Under the pieces are notes generated by a model. The model had not been told where the DNA came from and did not search any database. It was given only the letters and a program-made list of their open reading frames with translations. A stretch of DNA of 64,000 nucleotides, from the NCBI GenBank assembly GCA_963514005.1, contig OY740799.1, positions 17,112,001-17,176,000 of the forward strand, written 5' to 3'. The stretch comes from Raja brachyura (Eukaryota). Positions 12,841 to 28,100 of this stretch are shown here, in pieces (within the stretch, counting starts at the first letter, position 1; every line of letters starts with the position of its first letter). Position numbers and translations under genes: made by a program.

Positions 12841-14869
12841 ACTTCTGACCTTTCAGAATTAAACTCCTTTTATTATAGGATCACTATTCTGATATTATCA
12901 GGTTGAATTTCCTTGATTATCCAGGAGTAATGGATCCTCAATGTCCTTCATGACACAGAAATATGAATCATTTGATCAATTTCAAATATATTTAATATTA
13001 AAACATTGATAAGCCAAATACATTCCACAGCTTCAACAATAAATTAACAGAGCCTTATTATCTGATAACAAAGTACAGCAGCAGTGAGACATTGCTAATG
13101 GGCCAGAACCTTTGTACCTCATCTCTGGTTGATACTTGTAGACTCTATATACCATCCATGCAATTCCTGTTGCCTTGGGTCCTACATCTATGGGTGGATT
13201 AGGGAGAATGGATACAACCCTGCTTAGAGCCAAATTTTCGGGAATATAAGCGCAAAGGTGATCAGAACTTGTGGGTCCCATCTCTAGGGAATCCTGGGTT
13301 AGCTGGGTCCCATCTCTGAGGTGCGGACAGGAATCCAATTGACTTCAACTATGATCTTGTGAAGAAGTGAAGGCAGGGATGTACAGGACTCAAGGAGAGT
13401 TTGTCTCTGATGCAGGCAAGAGGAGGTTCAAAGATCACATCTGGCCTGGATCATCTCAATAATGGTTAGGTCATTATGAAACCTCATCACTGGGGGAGAC
13501 CCAAAAACATATCTTCTCCTGGGATTTGGGATTCTGCTGGACCCCATCACTGGACCATTTTACTTTACAAGACCCTATGTCTCAAGGGCCTGGACAGTCA
13601 AGAAACCCTATGCTTGGGGAACAGAGCAGCGGGATCTCTTGGTCTCCATTTCTGGTGTGTGAGAGGTCAGTATTCCTCAGAGACTTGATGAGGAACCACT
13701 GCTAAACTGGACCACATCTGCAGACAGAGGTGGGGACTGGAGTCCTGGATTCCCAAGGACCCATCACAAGCCTCCCTGGAACTTCATCTCTTCCTGACAA
13801 TTGGGTTTCAAGTGCAGATGGTGCAGTTTGCTCCCCACCAATGTAATTTCCTGCATGGCAGCAGATCACAGATTACTATCATCTTTGTGGCAAGCTTGGC
13901 CCCAAGAAAACAATAAAGGGAAATCTGTGCATCTAAAAGTATCCTTCAGTTCTGGCCGAAAGGGTGTGAGGCTCGGTGCACAGGTTAAGGTTAACACATG
14001 AAAGTGAAAACAAAGGTGGAAAGAAGGCAAGCCAGTGCTGGACACAGCTAATCTTCTCATTCCTCCCTTAGTTCGATCCACTCCCAGAGCAGCTGACCAA
14101 GAGTATGTCTATAAATGAGTAAAGGGCTCATCTGATAATGCCACAAAGGTGTGCAATGTAAAGAAAAAAGACCCTCAAATGTAGGTCCTCAATCCAATAA
14201 TTCACTTTACAAGAAAATTGTTTCTTACTTACATTCAGTACCAATGAAATTACCAGCAGAAATAGTTATACAACATTTATAACCATGAGACAGATGGCAG
14301 CTGGGTGAGTCAGTGATCAGAGGCAAAGAATGAACATCAATCATCTTGTAAACTGCTCCATCCCCGCATCCCTCCTAAATCTCTACATTCCCCCAGGTCC
14401 CAATTGTTTTGACCATATTATTAATCGCAGCCATGATCTACAGTAGTCGGCCGCAATCTCTGGAATTTGTTCCTCTACCTTTTTCTGTAAGACATCCCTT
14501 AAAACAACATATTTGATCAATCTTTTAAACTTCTATTTTCTTATTCAAGCAGCTTGCAATCAAACATTTGTTTGATAATGCTCCTGCAAAGTGCCAAGGG
14601 ATATTCTACTACTTTAAAGACACTATATTAAAGCAGGCATTTGTAGATGTCTATGCTCAAGCATTGGATCAAATATCAAGCAGACTTTAGAGGTATATTT
14701 TATTAGTTTTCAAAAACTAAGTTTTTCCAAAATGTAAGTGGTTCAACATAAACTGAGTGCTGCCATTCCTTATTTCTGCAGCACAGTAGAACCAGAACCA
14801 AGGGATCCACAAAACACACATCCATAAATTGAAATTTACAGCACAGGCTGGTATTCCATGTCAGTATCA

Positions 14870-15125
14870 GCTTCCTAGAGCAAACCCAACCTAATCTTTT
14901 GCTCTTGCCACCCCCCTATCGTCCTTTATTAATTTAAAATGAATCCCACTGTCTCATTCTCGTCACTGCCTTCTATCAATCCCAAACCATACCACTAACC
15001 TGCCCTTTCCCCAATGTCCTGTATCAATGCCAAACTAATCCCATTATCCTGCTCTTTCCCCAAAATCCTTCATCAAAGTTAAACAAATCCTATTATTCCA
15101 CACCCAATATTGGCTCATATCCATC
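14870..15125. repeat. Degenerate ~48-nt tandem repeat
   Basis: About 5 recurrences of caaactaatcccattatcctgctctttccccaatgtcct(t/g)tatcaat-like units. Confidence 0.5.
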
Positions 15126-16214
15126 CCTGTGGTCCATTCTCTCACTATAATCGTGTCTCAATTCCAAGCTCGTTACATTGTCTCGGTGAATTCACCATCC
15201 TTGATTCCAAATTATTCCTATGGACTCTCCACAGTTTCATATCAACCCAAAGTACTTGCTGTATTCTGCTCTTTTGTTTATCCAATATCAACAGCACTAT
15301 CCCACCATCTCACCCCTCACCCTCTCTGTAATGCCCAACCAAACTGAGCAGAACACAGATGTAGCCAGGAAAACAACATGTACATGTCTGGAACGTCAGC
15401 TCACTTTCTCTCCAGATATTGAGCTCAAGGAATCTATTCTGAAAGATGAATAGATCCAGGCCATCAGTGATTGCAGAGTTATTGGGCAATTTAAGGCAAC
15501 TCTTGCATTTGGGAACAGAGGCGGTGCTCAGAAATAGAACAATTAATAGCATTCTTCTTCACTGCCTAACAGGCTTTAAGCTACTATCTGATAATTTAAC
15601 CGATCAAAATGTAAAGTTGGAAGTGAACTTCATAATGTTGGAAGCAAATTTCACAATGTCACCCAGAATGGATGCTGGCAACTGGAGTGAGCAAAAGATA
15701 AAAGTGATATCTATCTGAATAGCAACGTGCTCAATTGTCCAACATTCCCCAAGCACCACATTACCACCTCCAACTCTATCTGAAGACAACTTGCCAAGAT
15801 AGCACCTGGATAGAAAATTAACTATTCACAAAGAACTACCTGGGTATATTCCCTCACATTTGCAGAGCCAGCTCCATTATAGAAGCCTCTTGCTAAGATT
15901 TACCTCTTACATAATTCTTAAAAGTTTTTGAGGGTGATTACACAGAATTGATTCAGAGTATACCACGGAAAGAGATTGGAAATCAGAATCTCTGGGGTTT
16001 TGCAGGAATCAATGATTTTGATGATGTACCATATAGTGCTAAGGTCTTCTTCTCAATGCTTCTATGTTGTTAGATGCAATGAAACAGCATTGCTTGAAGA
16101 GAAACCATCTTTGTGCTGCGTGTCAAATGTTCCGGGTGAGCAGAGCAGTTGCAAAGGATGATTGACTACTCAATACCCCAAACTGCTGCCACTGAAGCTG
16201 TTGGTTACTGCAGT

Positions 16215-17060
16215 ACATAGAAACATAGAAAATAGGTGCAGGAGGAGGCCATTCAGCCCTTCGAGCCAGCACCGCCATTCATTGTGATCATGGCTGATCG
16301 TCCCCTATCAATAACCTGTGCCTGCCTTCTCCCCATATCCCTTGACTCCACTAGCCCCTTGAGCTCCATCTAACTCTCTCTTAAATCCATCCAGTGACTT
16401 GGCCTCCACTGCCCTCTGTGGCAGGGAATTCCATAAATTCACAACTCTCTGGGTGAAAAAGTTTTTTCTCACCTCAGTCTTAAATTACCTCCGCTTTATT
16501 CTAAGACTGGCCCCTGGTTCTGGACTCGCCCAACATTGGCAACATTTTTCCTGCATCTAGCTTGTCCAGTCCTTTTATAATTTTATATGTTTCTATAAGA
16601 TCTCCCCTCATCCTTCTAAACTCCAGTGAATACAAGCCTCGTCTTTTCAGTCTTTCCTCATATGACAATCACGCCATCTCCGGGATCAATCTCGTGAACC
16701 TACGCTGCACTGCCTCAATCACAAGGATGTCCTTCCTCAAATTAGGAGACCAAAACTGTACACAATACTCCTGATGTGGTCTCACCATAGCCCTATACGA
16801 CTGCAGAAGAACCTCTTTACTCGTATACTGAAATCCTCTTGTTATGAAGGCCAACATTCCATTAGCTTTCTTCACTGCCTGCTGTACCTGTAAGCCAACT
16901 TTCAGTGACCGGTGCACAAGGACGCCCAGGTCTCGCTGCACCTCCCCCTTACCTAACCTAACCCTATTGAGATAATAATCTGCCCCCTTGTTTTTGCCGC
17001 CAAAGTGGATAACCTCACATTTATCTATATTATCTCACATTTATCTATATTACATCCCCT
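16215..17060 (-). mobile_element. CR1 LINE 3' fragment
   Basis: ORF 16669-16941 QQAVKKANGMLAFI...YCVQFWSPNLRKD; (catagaaa)n tail. Confidence 0.9.
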
Positions 17061-17989
17061 GCCATTCTTTTATTTTTCTGAGAGAATTCATGCTGCTCTT
17101 TCAGATGCATTCATCTTCCCATGGGAGACTGTACGGCATCTGAACATTATCAGCAAAACCTTGGCAGCAGCATTTAGAATATTCATTAGCACACACAATG
17201 GTGGATCAGGTAGAGCACTATTTCTGTGATGTCCACTGTCTGCTGCAGGAGAAAGAATGATCTCAGGTCACAGCTACTACTAGTATCCCAGGCCAAACCT
17301 AGATTCATTTAGGTTCCTGGAATTGTCGACAGAGCAACAGACCAACTCAAAATGAAACTATTCTACATACATCTGGAAAACTCCCATTGGTCCGCGTATT
17401 CTTATTATCTTTCTACACAAAACGCACTCATTCCTATAACTTCTCATGTAGCTGGGTTTATTACTTACGTACATTATTTTACATGTTGTGCATTTTATAC
17501 CACATCATGTGTTATTGCATATAATGTTCAGGTATACTGTACAGTAAACAGAGTTAGCAAGTATGACATAATGTATGTAATATTTAAATAACATGCATAC
17601 ATTATTGTGTATAATGTTTCTATACTGACAACTAGATTGTAATAATATTCATTTTGAACATCGGGATCTGGGGATCACAAGTACACTGCCTGAAGTAATA
17701 GATGATTCTGGAGATAGACAAATTAAAGGAATCCTAAGGGTATTTGAAAATTGGGCAGACAAGTGGCAGGTGCCACTCATTGCAGAAAATGTAAACTGCT
17801 TCACGGAGACAAAACTTTAAAGAGACTTCACTGGAAATAAACTAATGCATAAAAACTGAGAGCAAATTGTGGACAATTATTTCAGAGCTAAGAGCAAAGT
17901 AAATCAAGTGCCGTGATGTATTAAATGATGTCCTAAAACAGCAAGGTTCTCCTGCTTCTTCATTGATTATTGTCCCACCTACTTTAAGT

Positions 17990-20260
17990 GGTAAATCATC
18001 TCAGTACCAAAGAATAGCTTGGTAAGTTTACCTTAATGACTACTGTTCAGTGGCTCAAAAATCTACCATCATGAAACACTTTGAGAGGCTGTCATGGCAC
18101 AGGTCAACTCCGGTCTCACGAGCAGCCGTGATCCAAGGTACTTTGTCTACTGCTGCAATAGATCCATGGCAGATGCCTTCTCCTTGAGCCTACACTTACC
18201 TCTGGAATATCTGAATAACAAGGACATCTATGTCAGACTCCAATTCATTGACTACAGCTCCATCTTCAACACCATAACTCCAATATAACATCTCCAAACC
18301 TCTGGTCCTAGGGCTCACCACTCCCATCTGCAACTGGATCCTCAACTTACTTGACCCATAGACAGCAATCAGTACGAATAGGTGACAAAACATCTTCAAC
18401 AATTCTCAGCTTCAGTGCCCCATAAGGTTGTATCCTCAGCCCCTTATTACACTCCCTCTGCCCTCAGGAATATGCAGCCAATTCTGCCCTAACTCATTTA
18501 TAAGTTGTAGGTGACAACACTGCATGGGCTGGATCTGAACAATGAACAGGAAGGAGATGGAGTGTTTAGAAACATGGTGTCAAGACTACAACTTCTCCCT
18601 CAATGCCAGCAAAATGAAGGAGCTTGTCATCAACATCAGGAAGCAGGTGGAATACATACCGCAGTCTGAATCAATGGTGCCGAAGTGGAGGTGGTCAAAC
18701 GTTTCAAGTTCCTCGGTGTAACTGTTTCCATCAATTTGTCCTGGTCTGAATAACCACACCAGCACATCGAAGACTAAAGAAAATTTGTCATGTATCCAAA
18801 ACCTCTTATCAATTTCTACAGATGTACCATAGAAACATAGGTGCAGGAGTAGGCCAATAGGCCCTTTTAGCCAGCACCACCATTCAATATGATCATGGGT
18901 GATCATCCAAAATCAGTACCCCGTCCCTGCTTTTACCCCATATCCCTTGATTCCGTTAGCCCTAAGAGCCGAATCTTCTGTAACTCTCTCTTGAAAACAC
19001 CATAACCAGCATCATCACGGCTTGGTATGGCAACGGCTCTGCCCAAGAGGACAATAAATTGCAGAGTTGTAAACACAGCCCAATCCATCATATTTTGACT
19101 CCATCTATACTTCATAGAAACATAGAAATTAGGTGCAGGAGTAGGCCATTCGGCCCTTCGAGCCTGCACCGCCATTCAATATGATCATGGCTGATCATCC
19201 AACTCAGTATCCCGTACCTGCCTTCTCTCCATACCGTCTGATCCCCTTAGCCACAAGGGCCACATCTAACTCCCTCTTAAATATAGCCAATGAACTGGCC
19301 TCAACTACCCTCTGTGGCAGAGAGTTCCAGAGACCCACCACTCTCTGTGTGAAAAAATTCCTTCTCATCTCGGTCCTAAAGGATTTCCCCCTTATCCTTA
19401 AGCTGTAACCCCTTGTCCTGGACCTCCCCAACATCGGGAACAATCTTCCTGCATCTAGCCTGTCCAATTTTGTAAGTTTCTATAAGATCCCCTCTCAATC
19501 TCCTAAATTCTAGAGAGTATAAACCGAGTCTATGCAGTCTTTGTTCATAAGAGTCCTGACATCCCAGGAATCAGTCTGGTGAACCTTCTCTGCACTCCCT
19601 CTATGGCAATAATGTCCTTCCTCAGATTTGGAGACCAGAACTGTACGCAATACTCCAGGTGTGGCCTCACCAAGACCCTATACAACTGAAGTAGAACCTC
19701 CCTGCTCCTATACTCAAATCCTTTTGCTATGAAAGCTAACATACCATTCGCTTTCTTCACTGCCTGCTGTACCTGCATGCCTACTTTCAATGACTGATGT
19801 ACCATGACACCCAGGTCGCGCTGCATCTCCCGTTTTCCTAATCGGCCTCCATTTAGATAATAGTCTGCTTCAGGATGTGGGCAACTGGAGCAAGTGCTCC
19901 AGAATAAGGACCATTCACACCACACATAGTCTCTCTGCTCTCCTCTCCTGTTGGACAGATTATACCAAAGCTTGAAAACACGTACCACCAAATTGAAGAA
20001 CAGCTTATTCGCTGTTGATATCAGTCTCTTGAATGGACCGCTCACACACTGGGGAATTAATCCCAATTTTCCAATCGACCTTATTGCTGCCCTTGCACTT
20101 TAAATACAATCTTTACTTTCTCTGTTGATGTTGGACTATATTCTGCACTCTGTTTATTTTCTCTTTTTGGACTATCTGATGATCTCTTACGTTGGATGCT
20201 TTTTCTGGATAGCACACAAACAATGTTTTTTACTGTACACATAACAATAATAAACCCATA
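17990..20260 (+). mobile_element. Rex1/Babar-like LINE remnant interrupted by two antisense CR1 fragments (~18830-18995 and ~19113-19870)
   Basis: LEYLNNKDIYVRLQFIDYSSIFNTI motif and KELVI-like remnants; nested CR1 ORFs 19204-19467 and 19545-20066. Confidence 0.8.
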
Positions 20261-21379
20261 CTAGATTATTGGGACAACCCCATTTAGAAGATTGTGACCA
20301 TTTTTCATCAAAATAATGAAAAATGGTGTCAAAAGTATAAAGAGAAGAGTTACCAGGATAACTGAGGGGATGGTGGGATTGGATTATGAGGAGCAATTAT
20401 ATAAACGGTGCATGTTCTCACAAAGAAGGGAAGCTTGAAAGTGATATGATTACTGGTTTTATTTTCATATGAGCTACAGCATAATATTGTTGGTGCAAGT
20501 GATGTTGCAAGTAGAGCCCAACTGGACCATAACTCCATCTGTAATGCTCTGTATCTGTGAATTACCAGGATTCACTCTGTTAGCTCACAGTAGCAATCCT
20601 TAAAGTGCTACCAACATGCCCAAACTGTAAAACACCAACTACCCAGAGCACCACCAAGAACAAAGTTGCCAAGGGCAATCCAAAGTCCAGCAATCGGCTG
20701 ATATCCGCCCAGAGCATTCACCGGGTAAAGTGGAAGAACCTCGGCCATGGAGAATCACTCACTCACTCTGTTCGGGTCCATCTCTTGCCAAGGGTTGGCC
20801 AATTATTGAGGCCAGTTAATCGCAGAGGATCAGCATCAGTCAACAGCAGATAGTTGACCACTGGCCGAGAGTCAGTCACTCATCGAAGGTTTGCTCACTC
20901 AGGATCGCCAAGCGTCAGGGCATGGTCTTAGGATTGGTCACCCGCCAAGGGCAGTTCATTTGCCGAGGATCAGTCACTCACGGAGGGATGCTCACTCAAG
21001 ATCATCGAGTGTCAGGTCATAGTCATAGAGTGGATCACTCACCGAGGGCTGCTCATTCACCGAGATCCGGTCTTTCTGGATCCGTCACTCACTGCAAACT
21101 GTTCACTCACTGAGGATCAGTATTCACTGAGAATTAGTCATTTAATGAGAATCGATCACTCGCTGAGGACAGGCCAATTGCTCAGGATTCATGATTCACT
21201 GAGAGTTTGTTCACTCAGTCAGGATCAGTCATTCACTGAGCATCAGTCACTCACTGAGGTTCAGTCATTCACTGGGGATCGGTTACTCACTGAGAATCGG
21301 TCAAACGCCTGGAATGGTCACTCACGGAGGGTCAGTATCCACTGAGAATTGGTCATGTACTGACCATCAGTCACTTAGT

Positions 21380-21800
21380 CATAGTCCTACAGCATGGGAG
21401 CAGGCCCTTCAGGATAACACGTCCATGCAGACCAAGCTACCCATCTAAGCTTGTCCCATTTGCCCGCAATTGGCCCTATCAGTCTAAACCTTTCCTATCT
21501 ATGTACCTGTCCACGTATCTTTTAAATGTTGTACTGTACCTGCCTCAACTACCTGTCCTGACAGCTCATTCCATATACCCACCATCCTATGTGTGATGAA
21601 CCTGCCCCTCAAGTTCCTATTAAATTTTTCCAATATCACCTTAAGCCTATGCCCTCTAGCTCTTGATTCCCCAACTCTGGGGAAAAAAACCTTTGTGCAT
21701 TCACACTATCTATTCCCCTCATGATTTATGCACCTCTATAAGACTGTCCCACACCCTCTTTGTTTCAAGGAATAAAGTCCTGGCCTGCACAACATTGTCC
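21380..21800 (-). mobile_element. CR1 LINE 3' fragment
   Basis: Typical 3'UTR and end-of-ORF2 sequence in reverse orientation. Confidence 0.8.
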
Positions 21801-22239
21801 AACAATCCATGAGGCACACCACTGATCACATGCCTCCATTCATAAATCTTCTACCACAACTCGCTACTTCCTAGCATGAAGCTGATTCTAGATCCAGTTA
21901 GCTAGCTCTCACCAGATCTTGCTGAGGGTCAGTGACTAGTTGAGGGACAGCACTGGCTAATATCATGTCATTAATAAGGGTGGCCACCGATAAATGGTGT
22001 TCATTCACCAAGGTCAGTCAATCGCTGAGGGTCACCCAATTACTGAGGATTGGTCACTTGTGAAGACTGGTCACTGGCTGAGGGCCACCTATTCTCTGGG
22101 ATTGATAGCACTGAGGCCTGGACATTTATTTTGGATAGGCCACCTGCAGATGATCAGCCATTTACTGAGGATGTCAGTCATTGTGCTTCTCCTGCTGAGG
22201 GCAAGTCACTCATTGAGGTTCTGTAAGTTGTTCATGTAA

Positions 22240-22765
22240 GAGCTCATCTCCCCCATCCCATCCTCACTACTTTCTACAGGGGCACCATAGAGAGTATTCT
22301 GACCAGCTGTATCTCTGTCTGGTTTGGGGACTGTAGAGCCTCCGACTGGAAGTCTGTGCAGAGAGTGGTGAGGACAGCGGAAAAAATCATCGGGACCTAT
22401 CTCCCCTCAATCGGGGATATTGCGACCAAACGCTGTGTGTCTAAGGCCAGCAGTATCATAAAGGACCCCACACATCTCCATCACGGACTGTTCACTCTGC
22501 TGCCCTCGGGAAAAAGATACCGCAGCATGAGGAGCAGAACATCAAGGTTCCGCAACAGCTTCTTCCCACGAGCCATCAGACTCCTGAATGCCATGTAAAT
22601 GGGCTGCCACTATTGTCTATTTATCCTTTTCATACATACCTATCCTTCGGTTAATTTATTGTGTTGCACAGGGAGCCAAATGCAACGTAATTTCGTTTGG
22701 AACTGCATATATCAATGTATTTCTAAATGACAATAAAGTTTGTTTGACTTTGACTTTTGACTTGA
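22240..22765 (+). mobile_element. Rex1/Babar-like LINE 3' end
   Basis: QRVVRTAEKIIG...LFTLLPSGKRYRSMRSRTSRFRNSFFPRAIRLLN; aataaa followed by a (tgactt)n tail. Confidence 0.88.
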
Positions 22766-24850
22766 CTGTTGGGGACTGATTATATTGTGAGGGTCTGTCA
22801 TTCGCTGAGGATATCAATTATTGAGTGGATTTCTCAATGTACAAGGAGTCTCTTTGGTCTGACAAGATTGAGTATCAGTTTCCCCAAGGGTCCTCACAGA
22901 TAAGCGTGATTTACACACCAGGGATCAGTCTACTCGATGGTCCTGACTCATTGAGAATCAGTCTCTCTGAGGTTCACGCACTCATCAAGGCTTAGATTCC
23001 CCAAGTATCTCACTCACTGAAGGTCAGTCTCTGTGGAGGTCCCAGGGTCCTCACCCATTGAGGATTAGTCTCTAAGAGTCAGTCACTCATTGAGATTCAA
23101 ACTCACCGAGGTCACTCACCCACTGAAGATCAGTCTCAAGGAGTAACTCACTCATTTAGATTTAAACTCACTGTCACTCACTCACTGAGGATCATTCTCT
23201 ATGAGTCACGCACTCACAGAGGTTAGAAGTCATTGAGGGTCCTCACTCACTGAGATACCAACTCATTCATTCACTTGTTGAGTATCATCCATTCACTGAG
23301 GATCAGTCTCTCTAAGGGTCCTTACCCACTGAGAATCTTTCAGAGGGTCGCTCACTTGCTGAGGATCAGCCTCTGATTGAGATTCAATCATTTGCTTATG
23401 GTTACACTTGCTGAAGGTGAATTACTCCGCCTGTCAGCCATTGAGATCAGTTGATCATTGAAGATTGGAACCCTCAGAACCTCAGACGCTCGCTGGGGGT
23501 GTCATTCAGTTGCTGGGAGCTGTTCACTCACTGAGAGCCAGACACTTGCTCAGTGTTGATCACTCTCTGAGAATCAGTCACTTTCTAAAAGTCAATCACG
23601 AGGTCAATCACTGAGGACCAGTTACTCACTGAGTGTTTGTCATCAGGTAGGGATCAGTCTCCTCAAAGCTCACCCAGTCAATGAAGATCAGTCACTTGTT
23701 GAAATTCAGTGACTTACTGGGATTTGTCTGTTTAATGGGACTCAATTTTTGTTGAGGGTTAGTTACTCTCCAAGGGCTGCGACTCACCAGTCAATCACTG
23801 ATCCAATAAATGCTGATGCCAGTTAATCACTGAAGGATAACCATTCACCGACGCTAGTTAATTGCTGACGATTGATCACTTGCTGAGAATCAGTCACTCC
23901 CAAAAGGATCAGTCACTTACTGCGAGTTGGTCAATGATTGAGGGTGGTCATTCTCCGAGGATCAGCCACTCACAGGGAAAATCCCCAAGATTTGGGGATT
24001 TTCCCCAAGAATTGGAGAGACTCAAGGTGGCGTCCTGGAATAAAGAAGCTTGTTAGCGTGCTCCCATGTTCGAGTGTTATTTGAAGTCTGTTCCAAGCAC
24101 CCAAATACACAACACTGTCGCTTGATGAGGATTTCAATCACAAAGGTCAATATTCCACTGACCACCAGTTACTCAGTTTAGTGATTTGCTGATTATTGCT
24201 CACTTGTTAAGGGTCATCCGGTCAGTTAGTGAAGTTGGTTAATGGCTGGGGCTAAGTCACTTCCTGCTTTTGGATGCTCCCTAAAGGTCAGTCATGCTCC
24301 GAGGATTGGTCACTCCCTGACCTCAGTCAGTCACTAGTTTGGTCACTGACCTTTGACTGAAGATCACTCACTCACTCAAATTTAGTAAATCATTGAGATT
24401 TGGTCACTCACTGATAGACTGCCATTGACAATCAATCGATCAATCATAGTGTGTCAGGCACTGGTTGAGGATCAGTTGGTGTCAGATATTCAGAAAGTGA
24501 AGCATAATGCACTAATCATCGAGGGTCAATTGATCATAGTCTGGGAATCCAAACCAGATTAATGGCCTGAACTCCACCAGGAAATGCAGCAGATCATCAA
24601 TATATAAGGTGGTGTCATTGAAGAATTGGTCTTTCTACACGCGGGAGGCCATCAAAAGATCTGAACATTCTGAGAGCCCTGGTTATAACCTCAATAATTA
24701 AGTTTCTGTTAATTCACACATATGATCTCTGACTCCACCCAGCTCTGGAGTGCCTCATTGGCAGCTGCTCTTCATTTCATTATATGTTTCGAGAAAAGCT
24801 TTTGTGCAAAATTGCCAGAGAAAACAGATACAGATCAGTGTGCAGTGCAC

Positions 24851-24921
24851 TTATGGGTTCAGAAATTCCAGATGAGCCGGTATGTACAGCAGCATTCCCA
24901 GGACAGCAGGATGACAGGACA
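24851..24921 (-). other. Probable start of the terminal exon of the CCDC136-like gene, carrying a second tail-anchor-like frame (…AVLGMLLYIPAHLEFLNP*)
   Basis: Acceptor gctctttctctcag| at 24922-24923 after a long pyrimidine-rich intron stretch; the upstream TM exon has a donor that needs a downstream exon. The 3' end of this exon was not determined. Confidence 0.55.
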
Positions 24922-24959
24922 CTGAGAGAAAGAGCAGGCAATCTTAAAACTAATGGGAA

Positions 24960-25745
24960 AATGGAAGGGAAAATTGAAGGGACAAAATGTAGCATAGGCA
25001 GAAGATGGAAGGTGAAAGAAGTGGGGGAAAGAGTGAGAAAGAGGCAAGAGAGGTGAGGGGGAAGGCATGGGGGGAAGAAGTGATGGGGAAGATGTGGACA
25101 GAAGAGGTGAATGGACAAGGTGAGGATGAGGCAGGCAGGTGGGTGGGGCAAAGAGGTAGGGAGACAAGGTGAAGGCACACTGGGAAAAATGTGGGTGGAA
25201 GTGAGAGAAGGCAGAGGCAAGACATAGGAGAAGAGTTGAAGAGGTAAACGGGAGGAGAAGAATAAGCGAGGAAGGGATGAGTGGAAAGATAAAGGGGAAA
25301 GAGGTGAGGAGGTGGGGAGGCCAAGAATGGCAGGATAAACATGGATAGAGAGGATAAGAATAAGCTAATGGATGCACATAAGGGGATGGGGACAGGGATT
25401 GTGAGGAAGAAAAACCGAGGAAAGAGAATTAGGGGAGGGAGAGAATAAGATAGGGAAGAGAAAAGGTGAAGTGGGGAGATGGTAGAAGGGGAGGAGAGGC
25501 AGGAGAAGGAACGAATTGGGTGTGGGTGAAAGTAGAGGACGATGTTAGAACAAAAGAAGAAGAGAAATGAAGAAGTGAGAAATGGAAGAAAGCAATGAGA
25601 GAGTATGGTGACATGAGGAGACTATGAGGATTGGGGCTTGTGAGAGGGTGTAGGAAGGTGGGGATAGGAAGAGAAGAGGGAAAGGAGAAAAAGGAACAAC
25701 CAAATTGTGGCAGTTGAGAAGTCAGGAGTGAGGCTGAGATATGGA
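24960..25745 (+). repeat. GA-rich low-complexity tract (pyrimidine-rich on the transcribed strand)
   Basis: Strong purine skew; source of spurious Leu/Pro/Ser-rich ORFs. Confidence 0.75.
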
Positions 25746-27074
25746 AGAATGATCAGCTCTAATGGAATCCACACTCCAGCTCGACTCTGTGCAGGAAAGA
25801 AAGCAGCAAAAGGTCACAGATAAATTCCAGCTGTAACCCTAACTGTCTCTGTGCTTCTTGCCACTCCCCCCCCCCCTCTCTATCAACAGCACCCCTCCCT
25901 CACACACTGCTAACACAATACAGATTATTTTTCAGGGCTCTCCCTTTGATATCGATTGGTGATTTTTTTTCAACATCATATTCCCAGTCAATTCTACACC
26001 CAACCACCACCCCTCATTCCCCCTCCTCCCCCGACTATGGCTATGCTACCCACAAGCCTCCCTGGACCCTTCCTGCATTTCTGGGGGAGGGGGGACTATT
26101 CAGTTTTTAAATTTCCTCTTGCCTTCCTCACTATAGACTCTCCCCTCCCCCCTTTGCATGGGATTCTTCCCCCAGTCCACAAGGCTCTCCTTCCCCTCTA
26201 CTACAACCTTATTCAGTTTCCCAGGGAGGACTCTGCAGAATTCCCAAATCCCCCACCTCTGGGAAGTTCGGGAACTTGCACCTGGTGAATTGAAGCCACA
26301 AATCTGCTTTGTGGAATGTCACCGCACGTCTCTTGCTGTACTTCTGGCAGAGAAGGGGCACACTGGCAGTGTTTGGAGAGGTTTCTTTCACAAAGTTATA
26401 AATCAGGCAGAGAGACAGCAATATGCTTTAATCTCAAACAGCTGTCACAACATGATACACGCAGCACAATCGCTACACGATGGCAATGAAGGAGGCCGAG
26501 CGAGTGCACAAGGGGTCTAGGCAGAAGTAAACTTTTACAGCACTGCAATCCCACTTTAATCTGTCGCATGTGTCACAGGGCTGCAGAGCCCAAGCACAGC
26601 AGTAGGATCACCACCGTTTCTGGGTTAGAGGTGAAGACAGGCAGGGTCTCTGCTGTAAATCTTTGCCCCGAGATGCCTGGGTTAGAGAAATGACTAATCA
26701 ACCAACGTTCCTGCTCCAGAATCCTGCTGCACAGAAAAGGGAAATCACCCAGAGTTGTTGTTTCTGATCATTGCCCTGTGTGTCCTCGATTAGGATAGGA
26801 AGAGGAATGACCCACAAATCCTGTTCCTAAATTGCCTTAATTGGTTCACAACTAGGATTAAATTTCACCCAACTGAATAATGTGTAGAGAGTGTGTTTTC
26901 CCTTGTCAGCCCCAATTTGTAACTTGTTTAACTCCACTCTGTATCTTACTCAGTTGCAGACTTTGACCTGCTCTAATCAACCTCTGACCCCATGGCTGCC
27001 AAACTGTGACCCACGAAACCTAATCTTACTAAAATTTTCATAAAGATAATAAAATATGAAACGTCAGTACCTGG

Positions 27075-28100
<1,026 letters not shown>

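Larger units (their letters stand above)
20745..24540. repeat. Long, highly degenerate ~18-nt tandem array (consensus approx. GGATCAGTCACTCACTGA)
   Basis: Many divergent recurrences of tcactcactgagg / gatcagtca; interrupted by CR1 (~21380-21800) and Rex1-like (~22240-22765) fragments. Confidence 0.75.

Noticed and set aside
20745-24540. CRISPR-like appearance of the 18-mer array
   Set aside because: Vertebrate DNA; units are degenerate and contiguous, with no unique spacers and no cas genes.
24950-25614. Leu/Pro/Ser-rich minus-strand ORFs
   Set aside because: Artefacts of the polypyrimidine tract.
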